Below are positions 19,827 to 28,482 of a stretch of 32,000 nt of DNA, one piece after another. Position 1 is the stretch's first letter. Every line of letters starts with the position of its first letter. The notes beneath the pieces were generated by a model. It ran no database searches, was not told the DNA's origin, and was given only the letters and a program-made list of their open reading frames with translations. The position numbers and the translations under genes were made by a program. Location of the stretch: contig NZ_CP021983.2 of the NCBI RefSeq assembly GCF_002075285.3, positions 5,160,001 to 5,192,000 of the forward strand. The letters run 5' to 3'. The stretch comes from Halomicronema hongdechloris C2206. Lineage in GTDB: Bacteria; Cyanobacteriota; Cyanobacteriia; Phormidesmidales; Phormidesmidaceae.

Positions 19827-20203
19827 ATTTTAAGCCAGCTCTAATCCTTGCCCCCTGCTTGATTGTCAACGCAAAGCTAGGGACGCTTCCCTGGCTTTTG
19901 GCGTTCTCTGGGGAGCAGAGCATTTGACTAGGGAGCAGCTATTCGCTCCAATGATCTCGGGAGACATGCCCGTTGCTATCAGGGCTCTCGGGACGAGGCT
20001 GTTGGCAGAGGCATCCCCAGGATAGCCCCTGGCGTGATGATCTGATCGTAGCCGCCTCTGAGGGGGGCTATACCGTCCCCTAGGGGCCTTTGTCGTCGGG
20101 CTGTCGAGTTTAGTCGTTGTCCAGGGCATGCCCGATTCTCTAGGGGATTCCCATGGGAGCTGCTGGGTAAGTAAGACTGTTGTTGTTTACAGTGACATTA
20201 TTT

Positions 20204-21748
20204 ATGGCTGAGTCCACCCTGCCTGCGCTGATTCAAGCATTATTACAGCCCCAGGCCTATCCCCATCCAGTGACGCAACCGATGCGGCTGATGCAGACCC
20301 ATGTGTCTTATGTGCTGCTCACGGGGGAATATGCTTACAAACTGAAAAAGCCAGTCAACTTCGGCTTTCTAGATTACTCCACCCTGGAGAAGCGCCACCA
20401 TTTCTGCCAGGAAGAACTCCGCCTCAATCAGCGAGCTGCCGCTCCCCTCTATCTAGACGTATGTCCTGTGACCCAGCAGGGGGATCAATATCGTCTGCAG
20501 GGGGAAGGCCAGGCTGTGGACTATGCCGTCAAGATGCGTCAGTTTCCTCAAGATGCACTGCTCAGCCATCTATCTGAGCAAGGAGAACTGAGTGAAGAGC
20601 TCCTACGCCGCTTAGCCGAACGGGTAGCCGATTTCCACCGTCGGGCTGAGACCAGCGACTACATTCGCGCCTTTGGGGAGCTATCTCAGGTACGCCAAGC
20701 CATCGATGAAAACTATGACCAAACCGTAGATTTCATCGGCGGTCCCCAGACTCAACAACAATTTGACGAGACTAAAGCCTACACCGATCGCTTCTTTGCC
20801 GAGCGGGCTGACCTATTTCGCCAGCGTCAGGAACAGGGCTGGATCAGAGCCTGCCATGGTGATCTGCATCTGGGCAATATTTGCTACTGGCAAGACCAGC
20901 TACTGTTATTTGACTGCATCGAGTTCAACGAGCCCTTTCGCCTCGTCGATGTCATGTACGACATCGCTTATATCGTCATGGATCTTGTGCTCAGGGAGCG
21001 GTCGGATCTCACTGGCCCCTTCTTGAGTCACTATGTCGAGCAAACAGGGGATTGGGAAGGGTTGCAGATATTGCCCCTCTATGTCAGCCGTCAGGCCTAT
21101 GTGCGGGCCAAGGTGACTTCATTCTTATTGAAAGATCCCTCGGTGGCTGAGGCCGATAAGCAGCAGGCTAGTGCCACTGCTGCCCGTTACTATCGGCTGG
21201 CTTGGTCCTATGTGCAGCCGCAGACCGGGGCTTTGTATGTCATGGCGGGGCTCTCTGGCTCTGGTAAGACCACAGTGGCTCGAGAATTGGGGTGCCAGTT
21301 GAGCGCCATTCATCTGCGCTCCGATGCGGTACGGAAACATTTGGCTGGGGTGCCCTTACACCAGCGGGGCGGTGATGATCTCTATACTGCCGAGATGACT
21401 CAACGCACCTACAAGCGGCTGCTAGAGCTGGGTCTAATGCTGGCTCAGCAGGGATACCGAGTCATCTTAGATGCCAAGTATGACCGGCAGGCGCTACGGC
21501 AATCGGTGATCGAACAGGCCCAGGCCCATGGGTTGCCCCTCCAGATTTGTTACTGTACGGCGCCCCAGGCGGTGCTGGAAGAGCGGCTCCAGGCTCGGCA
21601 AGGAGATATTGCTGATGCCACCGTGGCGGTATTGACCAAGCAGTCTATGGAGTCGTTTACGGCCGCAGAAGAGCCCTGGGTGACCACGGTCGACACTACT
21701 CGAGATTTGTCTGACCAGGCGGCCAATATTGTCAACCGTACTCGCTAA
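20204..21748 (+). CDS. Bifunctional APH-like kinase / P-loop (AAA_33-type) ATP-binding protein
   Basis: The N-terminal domain has the kinase catalytic loop CHGDLHLGNI. The C-terminal domain has a Walker A motif (MAGLSGSGKTTVA). I prefer ATG 20204 over the TTG at 20180. Confidence 0.85.
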   Translation: MAESTLPALIQALLQPQAYPHPVTQPMRLMQTHVSYVLLTGEYAYKLKKPVNFGFLDYSTLEKRHHFCQEELRLNQRAAAPLYLDVCPVTQQGDQYRLQGEGQAVDYAVKMRQFPQDALLSHLSEQGELSEELLRRLAERVADFHRRAETSDYIRAFGELSQVRQAIDENYDQTVDFIGGPQTQQQFDETKAYTDRFFAERADLFRQRQEQGWIRACHGDLHLGNICYWQDQLLLFDCIEFNEPFRLVDVMYDIAYIVMDLVLRERSDLTGPFLSHYVEQTGDWEGLQILPLYVSRQAYVRAKVTSFLLKDPSVAEADKQQASATAARYYRLAWSYVQPQTGALYVMAGLSGSGKTTVARELGCQLSAIHLRSDAVRKHLAGVPLHQRGGDDLYTAEMTQRTYKRLLELGLMLAQQGYRVILDAKYDRQALRQSVIEQAQAHGLPLQICYCTAPQAVLEERLQARQGDIADATVAVLTKQSMESFTAAEEPWVTTVDTTRDLSDQAANIVNRTR

Positions 21749-21821
21749 AATGAACAGGCGCGGCGATGGCCTACTACGCAAGGGGCTGCCGTCGTGGTAA
21801 GTCGTCCTATGATGGACTGCC

Positions 21822-22136
21822 GTGGTTGACAAAACTGATTTGTTCGACAAGGCGGCTCCGGTCGCCCTCAAAATCTGGCTGGCGTTTCTGCTGATCTTCG
21901 TAGTTCTGGGCTATCCGGTGCTGGCCAGTATCCTTTTTGGTGCGATCGCAGGTATGGCTGGGGGCATGGTCTCGGCCTGGTGGGCCACCCCTGGAGGAGA
22001 ACCTATCCCCGATGCCAATACGCCCTTGCGGCGGGTGGGACGGCGGCTGAAACAAGGCCAAGAACAGCTGCGGCGCCTGCCTATGCCCTTCGGGAGTCCG
22101 CGGCAGCGGCAGCGCTATTCTCGACCGCGCCGTTAG
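21822..22136 (+). CDS. Hypothetical small membrane protein with basic tail
   Basis: 104-aa ORF with a GTG start, two hydrophobic helices (IWLAFLLIFVVLGYPVLASILFGAIAGMAGGMV) and an Arg-rich C-terminus. It ends 8 nt before the YdcF start. Confidence 0.5.
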   Translation: MVDKTDLFDKAAPVALKIWLAFLLIFVVLGYPVLASILFGAIAGMAGGMVSAWWATPGGEPIPDANTPLRRVGRRLKQGQEQLRRLPMPFGSPRQRQRYSRPRR

Positions 22137-22144
22137 AGCCCTCC

Positions 22145-22933
22145 ATGTTTCTGCTGCTGTCTAAACTGTTGCCGCTGCTGCTCTATCCTCTGGGGTTGGC
22201 CTGCCTATTGTTATTAGTGGCCTTGGTGTTGTTGTGGCGGCGACCACGGTGGGCTGCCGGTGCGATCGCAACCTCCTTAGCCCTATTATTCATTAGCAGC
22301 AATAGTTGGGTGGCCGATCGATTCCTGCAATCCCTGGAATGGCAACATCTTCCTAGTGAGCTGCCCAACGCCGACGCCATTGTAGTGTTAGGCGGGGGAA
22401 TGCGTCCCGCCAGTTCCCCCCGAGCCTGGGTAGAAGTATCAGAAGCGGGCGATCGGGTTCTGCACGGTGCTCGTCTTTACCTGGCTGGTAAAGCCCCCTG
22501 GCTGATCCTCAGTGGTGGCCGCATTCCCTGGTTAGATGGCGGCGGTGCTCCCGAATCATCCGATATGGCTGCCTTGGCCACCGCCTTAGGGGTGCCCGAG
22601 GAAGCCATTCTGCAGGATCCCACCTCCCTCAACACCTATCAAAATGCCATCAATGTCAAGGCCCTACTGCAGACCTATAGCCTAGAGCGGGTGTTACTGG
22701 TCACCTCAGCCCTGCATATGCCTCGGGCCCTGGCCCTCTTTCGCCATCAAGGCATTGATGCCGCGCCTGCCCCTACAGACTTTCTCCTGTCCAAGGCCCG
22801 CCTGCAGACAGCCCCCCAGTGGCAAGCCCACCTGGTGAATTTCTTTCCCGACGCCCGCTACCTCCATGAAGTCACCCAAGCCCTTAAGGAGTATCTGGGG
22901 CTGCTGGTCTATCGCCTGCGGGGGTGGCTTTGA
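22145..22933 (+). CDS. YdcF/ElyC-family (DUF218) protein
   Basis: Has N-terminal TM helices, a DAIVVLGGG block and the TSALHMPRA block typical of DUF218. The start is placed at ATG 22145 (MFLLLSKLL...). The upstream ORF extension overlaps the previous gene. Confidence 0.85.
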   Translation: MFLLLSKLLPLLLYPLGLACLLLLVALVLLWRRPRWAAGAIATSLALLFISSNSWVADRFLQSLEWQHLPSELPNADAIVVLGGGMRPASSPRAWVEVSEAGDRVLHGARLYLAGKAPWLILSGGRIPWLDGGGAPESSDMAALATALGVPEEAILQDPTSLNTYQNAINVKALLQTYSLERVLLVTSALHMPRALALFRHQGIDAAPAPTDFLLSKARLQTAPQWQAHLVNFFPDARYLHEVTQALKEYLGLLVYRLRGWL

Positions 22934-23091
22934 GGGGGAGGACGGAGGGCGGAGAGCGGAGGGCGGAGGACGGAGGGCGGAGAGCGGAGAGTAAAGAGTG
23001 AAGAGTGAAGGGTGAAGGGTGAAGAGTGAAGAGTGAAGAGTGAGGGGTGAAGGGTGAAGAGTGATGGGGTGATGGGGTGATGGGGAGTGAG
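22934..23091. repeat. Heptanucleotide tandem array (STRR-like): 19 in-phase 7-mers, then 8-mers
   Basis: Starts on the base after the ydcF-like stop. Eight units of RRCGGAG (gggggag gacggag ggcggag agcggag ...) are followed by about ten units of RGTGAAG, then gggtgatg x3. By hand-phasing, 22934-23066 is exactly 19 x 7 nt. Confidence 0.9.
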
Positions 23092-23264
23092 TAGCGTGGG
23101 TCATTTTACCTAGGCGGGGGAAATTATGAGTGGCCAGAGAAGGACCCACGGGGGAAAGAGAGGACGGAGGGCGAAGGAAAGTGATGAGTTTTGAGTTTTG
23201 AGTGAATGGTTTGGCTCCCTGTCAAACAGTGGTTGGGCGGGAGAGTAGGTCGATAGCGGATAGA

Positions 23265-23464
23265 GGGTAGGGGCGCGGTTGCCGCGCCCAATGCAGAAAA
23301 CTCCTCCGGAGCCGCTTCGCGAACACTACAAGCGGTTTGCCCTGGTCGTCAGAGTCCGAGGGGATCTCGTTCCCCTCGGGTGAGTACCCCGAGCGACACG
23401 ATTAAGCCTGGTCTTATCGAGGTCTATCGCCGCTGACCAACAAGCCCTGCTGCAGGGGTCAGGG
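23265..23464 (+). repeat. Modular hairpin-rich dispersed repeat, copy C (modules 1-X-3-2-4'')
   Basis: Module 1 is identical to copy A apart from 1-2 nt (hairpin 23271-23289). The extra X segment has the CTCCGGAG palindrome and a CCGCTT...AAGCGG hairpin. Module 3 carries the flipped hairpin loop (23356-23379). Module 2 is CGATTAAGCCTGGTCTTATCGAGGTCTATCGCCGCTGA. The copy runs into the stop codon of the DUF928 gene. Confidence 0.85.
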
Positions 23465-24190
23465 TAGAAGGGTCAGGGGCGTAGTTGCTGCGCCTAGGAA
23501 AGGCTGCTCGGCGATCACCGCCAGGCCCACAGACTCTAACAACTCTTGCCAGCGGGCTTGTAGCTCTGGATCCTCCGGATCAGCCATTTGCAGCTCGGCT
23601 AGGGTACCCACAGCATCGAACCAAACGCCGTGGCTAGCGTAGAGGCCAACCTGTTCAGAGCGATTGGCGGTAGCCAAGGCAGCTGCCAGATCATCTTCGG
23701 GGGTTATCCGATGTACCCAGCCATCGACCCGTAGGTCCCCGCGGCGGTTGTTGGGGTTGCAGATGATTGCCACGGACCATTGATAATCTTGACCGATTTC
23801 GAGGGCAGGCAGGCCACTGTGCTGCGGCAATGAGACACTGGCAATGCCGGCCTCATTAGCCACACTTAGGGTGCTGCTATAAATCAGTTGCCGGTCCCCT
23901 TCTGGATTAGCTTGATAGAGGCTGAACTCAACAAAGCGGGCCTGGCTGCGAGGCATGTACCAGAAAAAGGTGGGATAGGCCTCGGTGGTTAAGCCTAGGT
24001 TGGTGTCCGGCAGTAGGGCCACTAAACGACTAGGGCGACCCAATACACAGCCCCGAGTCGCGGCACCTTCTCGCCGACCGGGCAACCCTCGATTGGGTGG
24101 CTGAAAGGGTTCGGCCCAGGCCAGAGGTGCAACCGCCATGCTGCTAAGCCACAAATAGCAGACAAGTCGAGCAATGGAGAGGTGAGTCAT
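23459..24190 (-). CDS. DUF928-domain secreted protein
   Basis: Signal peptide (LVCYLWLSSMAVAPLAWA) followed by the DUF928-like core PPNRGLPGRREGAATRGC...LVALLPDTNLGLTTEAYPTFFWYMP. Confidence 0.8.
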   Translation of the reverse strand: MTHLSIARLVCYLWLSSMAVAPLAWAEPFQPPNRGLPGRREGAATRGCVLGRPSRLVALLPDTNLGLTTEAYPTFFWYMPRSQARFVEFSLYQANPEGDRQLIYSSTLSVANEAGIASVSLPQHSGLPALEIGQDYQWSVAIICNPNNRRGDLRVDGWVHRITPEDDLAAALATANRSEQVGLYASHGVWFDAVGTLAELQMADPEDPELQARWQELLESVGLAVIAEQPFLGAATTPLTLLP

Positions 24191-24408
24191 GGGCTATGCC
24201 CCCGGTGTAACAACAGAGTAGACAAGTGCACCCAAAACGCTTGATTATGACTTAGACGGCGAAGCAGCCAGAATTGCCTCGAAGGGACTTTAGTCTAGCT
24301 CACCCATAGTGTTCCTGCTCATAGCAAATCCAAGGTGGGACTAGTCGTTATCCGTTGGGTGACCACGACCGCTGGATGGAGCCGAGATGTATTAATGACG
24401 GAGATGCC

Positions 24409-24993
24409 ATGATGGCTCGATCGCTACTGATGATGACCCTGGTAGGCATTGGCTTGATGGCAACCATGCCGATCCTGGCAGGACTGGACCGGCCATCCGT
24501 GGCTGCGGACCAATCGACTGGCAATGATGCAGCCGACTCAGGGTCTCCTGAGTTGCAGACCCATGTGGAGCCGGGACAGTTCCAACTGCGATTTCCGCTG
24601 GCTTGGCAGGTAGAACAGCATCAGGATGGCTCTATTTCTATTACCAACCATGGAACAGATGATCCGGAACGAGCCTCCCAAGCCACTGATGTCCTCACCG
24701 AAGTCCGTCTCGTGCAAGAACATCCTCAGGACTATGTGCCTCAGGCGATTGAAACTATTGCCGAGAATGGATATCAGGTGATTCATTATCGTCCAGTGGT
24801 CGTAGATGAGCGCTCGGCCTTGCGACTGTGGATGGCAGAATTACCGGACGATCTAGCCAATGCCATGACCACCTATGTGGGCTATGCCAGCTACGGCACT
24901 GCCGTGATTACTAGCTACTATGGGGAGCCCACTGCCGAGGGTGAGGCGCTGATTGAGCAAGTCCATGACTCGTTTCAGTTGGTCTTCGACTGA
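24409..24993 (+). CDS. Hypothetical secreted protein
   Basis: Signal-like N-terminus (MMARSLLMMTLVGIGLMATMPILAG) followed by an acidic ~160-aa domain. Divergent from the DUF928 gene. The ORF opens at 24355, but the ATG-ATG at 24409 gives a proper signal peptide. Confidence 0.65.
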   Translation: MMARSLLMMTLVGIGLMATMPILAGLDRPSVAADQSTGNDAADSGSPELQTHVEPGQFQLRFPLAWQVEQHQDGSISITNHGTDDPERASQATDVLTEVRLVQEHPQDYVPQAIETIAENGYQVIHYRPVVVDERSALRLWMAELPDDLANAMTTYVGYASYGTAVITSYYGEPTAEGEALIEQVHDSFQLVFD

Positions 24994-25074
24994 TAGGTGA
25001 TGGTGGTAAGGGAGCCTACTAATCGGGCGTGACACCCCTGTTACAGTGGGAGACAACGCATTCAAGATAGTAGT

Positions 25075-25797
25075 GTGAGCCAAGTTCTCATGGTGGTGCA
25101 TCAAGCCACCTCTGATCCAGGCCTGGTAGGGCAGCAATTGCGGCAGCGGGGCTATGGCTTGGATATGTGCTGTCCGGCCGAGGGAGAGCCCTTACCGCAG
25201 GATCTAGAGGCCTATGAGGCCGTGGTGGTCTTCGGCGGCCCCATGAGTGCCAATGACGATGACACCCTGCCATTTATTCGGCAGGAATTGCACTGGATTG
25301 AGCGGATACTGACAACAGACACTCCATTTTTGGGTATCTGCCTGGGGGCGCAACTGCTGGCCAGAACCCTGGGAGCCCAGGTTTATTCCCATCCGCAGGG
25401 CCTGAGAGAAATTGGCTATTTCCCATTGCAGCCGACGGTGGCTGGCCAGGCCTATTTTGCTGACCCGATGGCGGTATATCACTGGCATCAAGAGGGGTTT
25501 GAGTTACCTCGCCGAGCGATGTTGCTGGCTCAGGGCAATTGGTTTCCCCATCAGGCCTTTCGCTACGGCCAGGCCTATGGATTGCAATTTCACCCAGAAA
25601 TCACCACCGAGTTGATCCACACCTGGACGACTAAGGGAGCCGACCAACTGACTTTGCCCGGTGCCCAGCCCCGTGATCGCCAGCTAGCTGGCCACCGCCA
25701 ACATGGTCCAGGTGTGGCCCATTGGCTGCAGGGATTTCTGGAGCGTTGGCTGATCTCAGATAAGGCGAGCCGTGAACAAGATCGTCTCATCGCCTGA
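25075..25797 (+). CDS. Class I glutamine amidotransferase-like protein
   Basis: Nucleophile elbow FLGICLGAQLLA and the His-Glu pair in LQFHPE. 240 aa. Last GC-rich gene before the compositional break. Confidence 0.85.
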   Translation: MSQVLMVVHQATSDPGLVGQQLRQRGYGLDMCCPAEGEPLPQDLEAYEAVVVFGGPMSANDDDTLPFIRQELHWIERILTTDTPFLGICLGAQLLARTLGAQVYSHPQGLREIGYFPLQPTVAGQAYFADPMAVYHWHQEGFELPRRAMLLAQGNWFPHQAFRYGQAYGLQFHPEITTELIHTWTTKGADQLTLPGAQPRDRQLAGHRQHGPGVAHWLQGFLERWLISDKASREQDRLIA

Positions 25798-26018
25798 GAT
25801 TACGGCAAATCCCAATTGGGTAAAGCACAGTGCCAAGATCTCTCCAACCCCCATTACCAAGATACCGCTAGCGTTTTCAGCAAGCCTTATATGATATGAA
25901 GTGCTATTGCCGCTTACTTATCTCCGAGATGTAGACTACAACACTTACCATTTGTGGCGAAGTTCGGTTAAAGTCTGAGGTATAACCAAGCTACAGTCGA
26001 AGCACATAGGTCAATTTT

Positions 26019-26402
26019 ATGAAGGCAAGGGCGCTGATTGTCTACGGTGCAATTACAATCTCGCTTATATCAGGGGTGGCTCTGGGCAAGCGGGCACTAG
26101 GCGATCCTGTTTGCTATCTTGAATTTCAAGACGGAGAGGTGATGGATTTGGAAGAACTCTGTGGCACTAGAACACCTAGCACACCGGCTAACCCTCCGAT
26201 TGAACTAGGTGATTCAGAGACACGGGCTGCTATGGCAGCTACCGGTATCACGATAGAAGATATTCAGGAATTGCGGCAGATGGCGGCTCAAGATCCTAAT
26301 GCGGCAGCTGAACGTTTGAGGAATATTCTTTGTTCTCAAATGCCGGATGGTGAATGCACTATTTCACTGGCAGAGATCCATATTGACACTGGCTTAGACT
26401 AA
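26019..26402 (+). CDS. Small secreted four-Cys protein (orphan)
   Basis: 127-aa ORF with a signal peptide (MKARALIVYGAITISLISGVALG) and two Cys pairs (VCYLEFQDGEVMDLEELCG; LCSQMPDGEC). It stops 3 nt before the next ATG. Confidence 0.6.
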   Translation: MKARALIVYGAITISLISGVALGKRALGDPVCYLEFQDGEVMDLEELCGTRTPSTPANPPIELGDSETRAAMAATGITIEDIQELRQMAAQDPNAAAERLRNILCSQMPDGECTISLAEIHIDTGLD

Positions 26403-26405
26403 GTT

Positions 26406-27173
26406 ATGACACCTGCTGAACAGCGTCTTGGAGTGGAATCAACAGATCTAAATCAACAAGTTGTTTTAGTCCGAAAGAAAGGTTCGATAACAATTTCCTT
26501 CCTTTTGCAAATTTTATCTAATAAATACTCAATCAATATTTTTTCTCCTGACTCAATAGCATCAAATGACTATTGCTACTTGGTCATTTACAGCTTAAAG
26601 GGTCACGATTGGATATTAGTTCAAGAGTTTGGCCCCTGTGCTAGTGATGATATTGGAGATGAGAGTCTGGCAAGAGAGTTTTCTTGTAGAATAACTACTC
26701 CCGTATTTGTTTTCGAGCAAAGTGACACAGGCCTTTTCTTAAAATATTCTATCTGGGAAAGCTGCTTTGTTAAGGAAAAATTCGAGTTCCGCGAAGAAGG
26801 ATTTTTTGGCAATGAAGATGTAAATTTGAGTAACTTTAACCAGCAACCAAATATTAGTAGATTGTTGCTCATGAGTGATGATTTAGTAGAGGAATATGGT
26901 GGCAATATTCCATTTGAACATAATTGTATCGTTTGCTCTTCTTTTAGAAGAGTATCTGCAAACGAAGTTGGTAATCCATACAAATTTGTTTCTAATACCT
27001 TTGAGAAAGCAGGTGCGTATATTCCTGGATTAGAGTGGAGCCTGAGCAGGAGTAAAAGTAAAAGACAAAAACTAATCGATTCCTTATTTTCTATTGGTTC
27101 TTCAATTTATCTTAGTGATTTCCGAGAAATAGTCTTTACTAAAGTTAATCAGAGCCTAACAGGAGAGTCTTAG
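26406..27173 (+). CDS. Orphan cytoplasmic protein
   Basis: 255-aa ORF with no TM segment or signal peptide, very AT-rich. Its stop TAG shares a base with the GTG start of the next ORF. Confidence 0.65.
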   Translation: MTPAEQRLGVESTDLNQQVVLVRKKGSITISFLLQILSNKYSINIFSPDSIASNDYCYLVIYSLKGHDWILVQEFGPCASDDIGDESLAREFSCRITTPVFVFEQSDTGLFLKYSIWESCFVKEKFEFREEGFFGNEDVNLSNFNQQPNISRLLLMSDDLVEEYGGNIPFEHNCIVCSSFRRVSANEVGNPYKFVSNTFEKAGAYIPGLEWSLSRSKSKRQKLIDSLFSIGSSIYLSDFREIVFTKVNQSLTGES

Positions 27174-27919
27174 TGATACTTACAAAAATACTGCTTTCAA
27201 GGTTATTAGTTACTTTGTCTACTCTAGTACTTGTTGAGGCATTTCTTAATATAGAAGTAAAAGCTCAAACTATTCCACATAGTACTATTATTGATCTTTC
27301 GTGTAGCGATGATACTCCAGTTACTAGAACACAAATTGAAAGTATTCGAGCTCGACCAGGAATTGTCTACAAAGATGCAACGACACTAGAGCTTGCTTTT
27401 GAGGCTTTTGCACTAGAAAGCGCTTATAAGCAAAAGTCGGACGATATTTTTTATTCTCCGCGAGCCGATAAAAATGTAATGCCTGATGCGGTCACAACGT
27501 TCATCTATATTAACTTGAATCCGTTTAGATTCAGAGTTTACTATCCTGGTGTGTTCATTGATGCCAAATCAGGAAGGAGCAGAATTATGCTCAGTTCGGG
27601 AAACAACCAAACACTAGGATTTATTGATCACTTAGCAAATGTCGCCCAAATCGGTAGAGAGGGTTTTGTACTACCACAACTCAGGTATCTCACAGTTGGC
27701 GATACTGTTATCGGTAACAGTACAATTGCTGAGGCTCAAAAAGAAGGAGTTATGCTGATGCAGCGCATCGCCTGTAATAATCCTGGTGGGGCCATCGGCG
27801 TTGATGAATTCTATATGGGTAGGCTAGTTACGTTAGAATCGGGTCAGGTTTTTAGCGCTGGAAGACCGGGGACAATGTTCAGAAACATTAATCCGCTACC
27901 TCCACCGAATCCTTATTAA
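27173..27919 (+). CDS. Orphan secreted protein with a PD...DxK-like motif
   Basis: 248-aa ORF with a GTG start and a signal-like N-terminus (LLSRLLVTLSTLVLVEAF). E73/E77/E82, P104-D105 and D130-A131-K132 are spaced as in PD-(D/E)xK folds, but this is a weak motif-level observation only. Confidence 0.6.
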   Translation: MILTKILLSRLLVTLSTLVLVEAFLNIEVKAQTIPHSTIIDLSCSDDTPVTRTQIESIRARPGIVYKDATTLELAFEAFALESAYKQKSDDIFYSPRADKNVMPDAVTTFIYINLNPFRFRVYYPGVFIDAKSGRSRIMLSSGNNQTLGFIDHLANVAQIGREGFVLPQLRYLTVGDTVIGNSTIAEAQKEGVMLMQRIACNNPGGAIGVDEFYMGRLVTLESGQVFSAGRPGTMFRNINPLPPPNPY

Positions 27920-28074
27920 GCCTACATGCCCATCTATGTCTTGATTCCTTGATTTATATTTCCGAGCGTTTTTTTAAGCAATGTTGTTAGGCGTCATAGC
28001 ACCAAGCTAGTTTAGTTTGCTTTTGACGTCCAGTGAAGAAACTAATCAGCGCAACAGACTGCAAAGATGTTAGG

Positions 28075-28190
28075 ATTAAAGCTCCATTAGTCTTCCATAG
28101 GTATGCATTACTTTTTTGCCTGACGGTCATTGCAATCAATCTTTGCGCTGTTACCCGAGGTGGTATTTGAACCCAACCCAAGATATTATG
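28075..28190. repeat. Decayed duplicate of the beta-helix/Wzy divergent 5' junction
   Basis: My hand alignment to 30060-30175 is ungapped, with about 98 of 116 identities. In the Wzy frame a Trp codon (tgg) has become a stop (tga) at 28168-28170. Confidence 0.85.
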
Positions 28191-28449
28191 GAGTGGGCAC
28201 TGGTCTGGTAATGTAGGATGAACGCCGTTAAGCTTCATTGGGTAAGGGTTTTAGAAGTTTAGCGACCGATTGCCTCAAACCTTGGCTGGGTGAACGTTTG
28301 GGCAGGCCATCCCACTTTTAGAAACCAGTGCCAACCTTGATACCAGCAATCTCGATTTCTTCGTTCATGACTCCAACTTAGCGAAGCTTGCTACCTCCAT
28401 TCCCTAAGTTTCCTTTAATTTCCTGGGACGGTTATTGATCGGCTTACAC

Positions 28450-28482
28450 AAAAATCTGAACACTCTGATCTTCATTTCAGAT
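28450..28482 (-). terminator. Possible intrinsic terminator of the beta-helix gene
   Basis: On the minus strand: ATCTGAA, a 15-nt loop, TTCAGAT, then TTTTGTGT. The stem overlaps the stop codon and the loop is large, so support is weak. Confidence 0.3.

Noticed and set aside
19879-19899. Weak hairpin AGGGA-cgct-TCCCT plus GGCTTTT after rplY as a terminator
   Set aside because: The stem is only 5 bp. It is plausible but not strong enough to list as a feature.
21980-22144. 55-codon extension of the YdcF ORF
   Set aside because: It overlaps the 21822..22136 ORF in another frame and is Ala/Arg-rich. The TM-rich YdcF N-terminus starts at ATG 22145.
22706-23149. 147-aa minus-strand ORF across the heptamer array
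   Set aside because: The periodic HPSLFTL / SALRPP peptide is an artefact of the 7-nt repeats (21-nt periodicity). The ORF also runs antisense into the ydcF-like 3' end.
22934-23464. Possible CRISPR array
   Set aside because: The units are 7-8 nt with no spacers. The larger modules are not regularly spaced, and no cas genes are present.
25798-26018. Search for an island boundary element (tRNA, att repeat, integrase remnant) at the compositional break
   Set aside because: I found nothing recognisable in the 220-nt junction. The CCCAATTGGG palindrome at 25811-25820 is too short to interpret.
27987-28238. 83-aa minus-strand ORF
   Set aside because: It is the translated shadow of the decayed junction duplicate (HNILGWVQIPPRVTAQRLIAMTVRQKSNAY...). 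Beyond the signal-peptide remnant there is no beta-helix body, so I treat it as a relic, not a gene.
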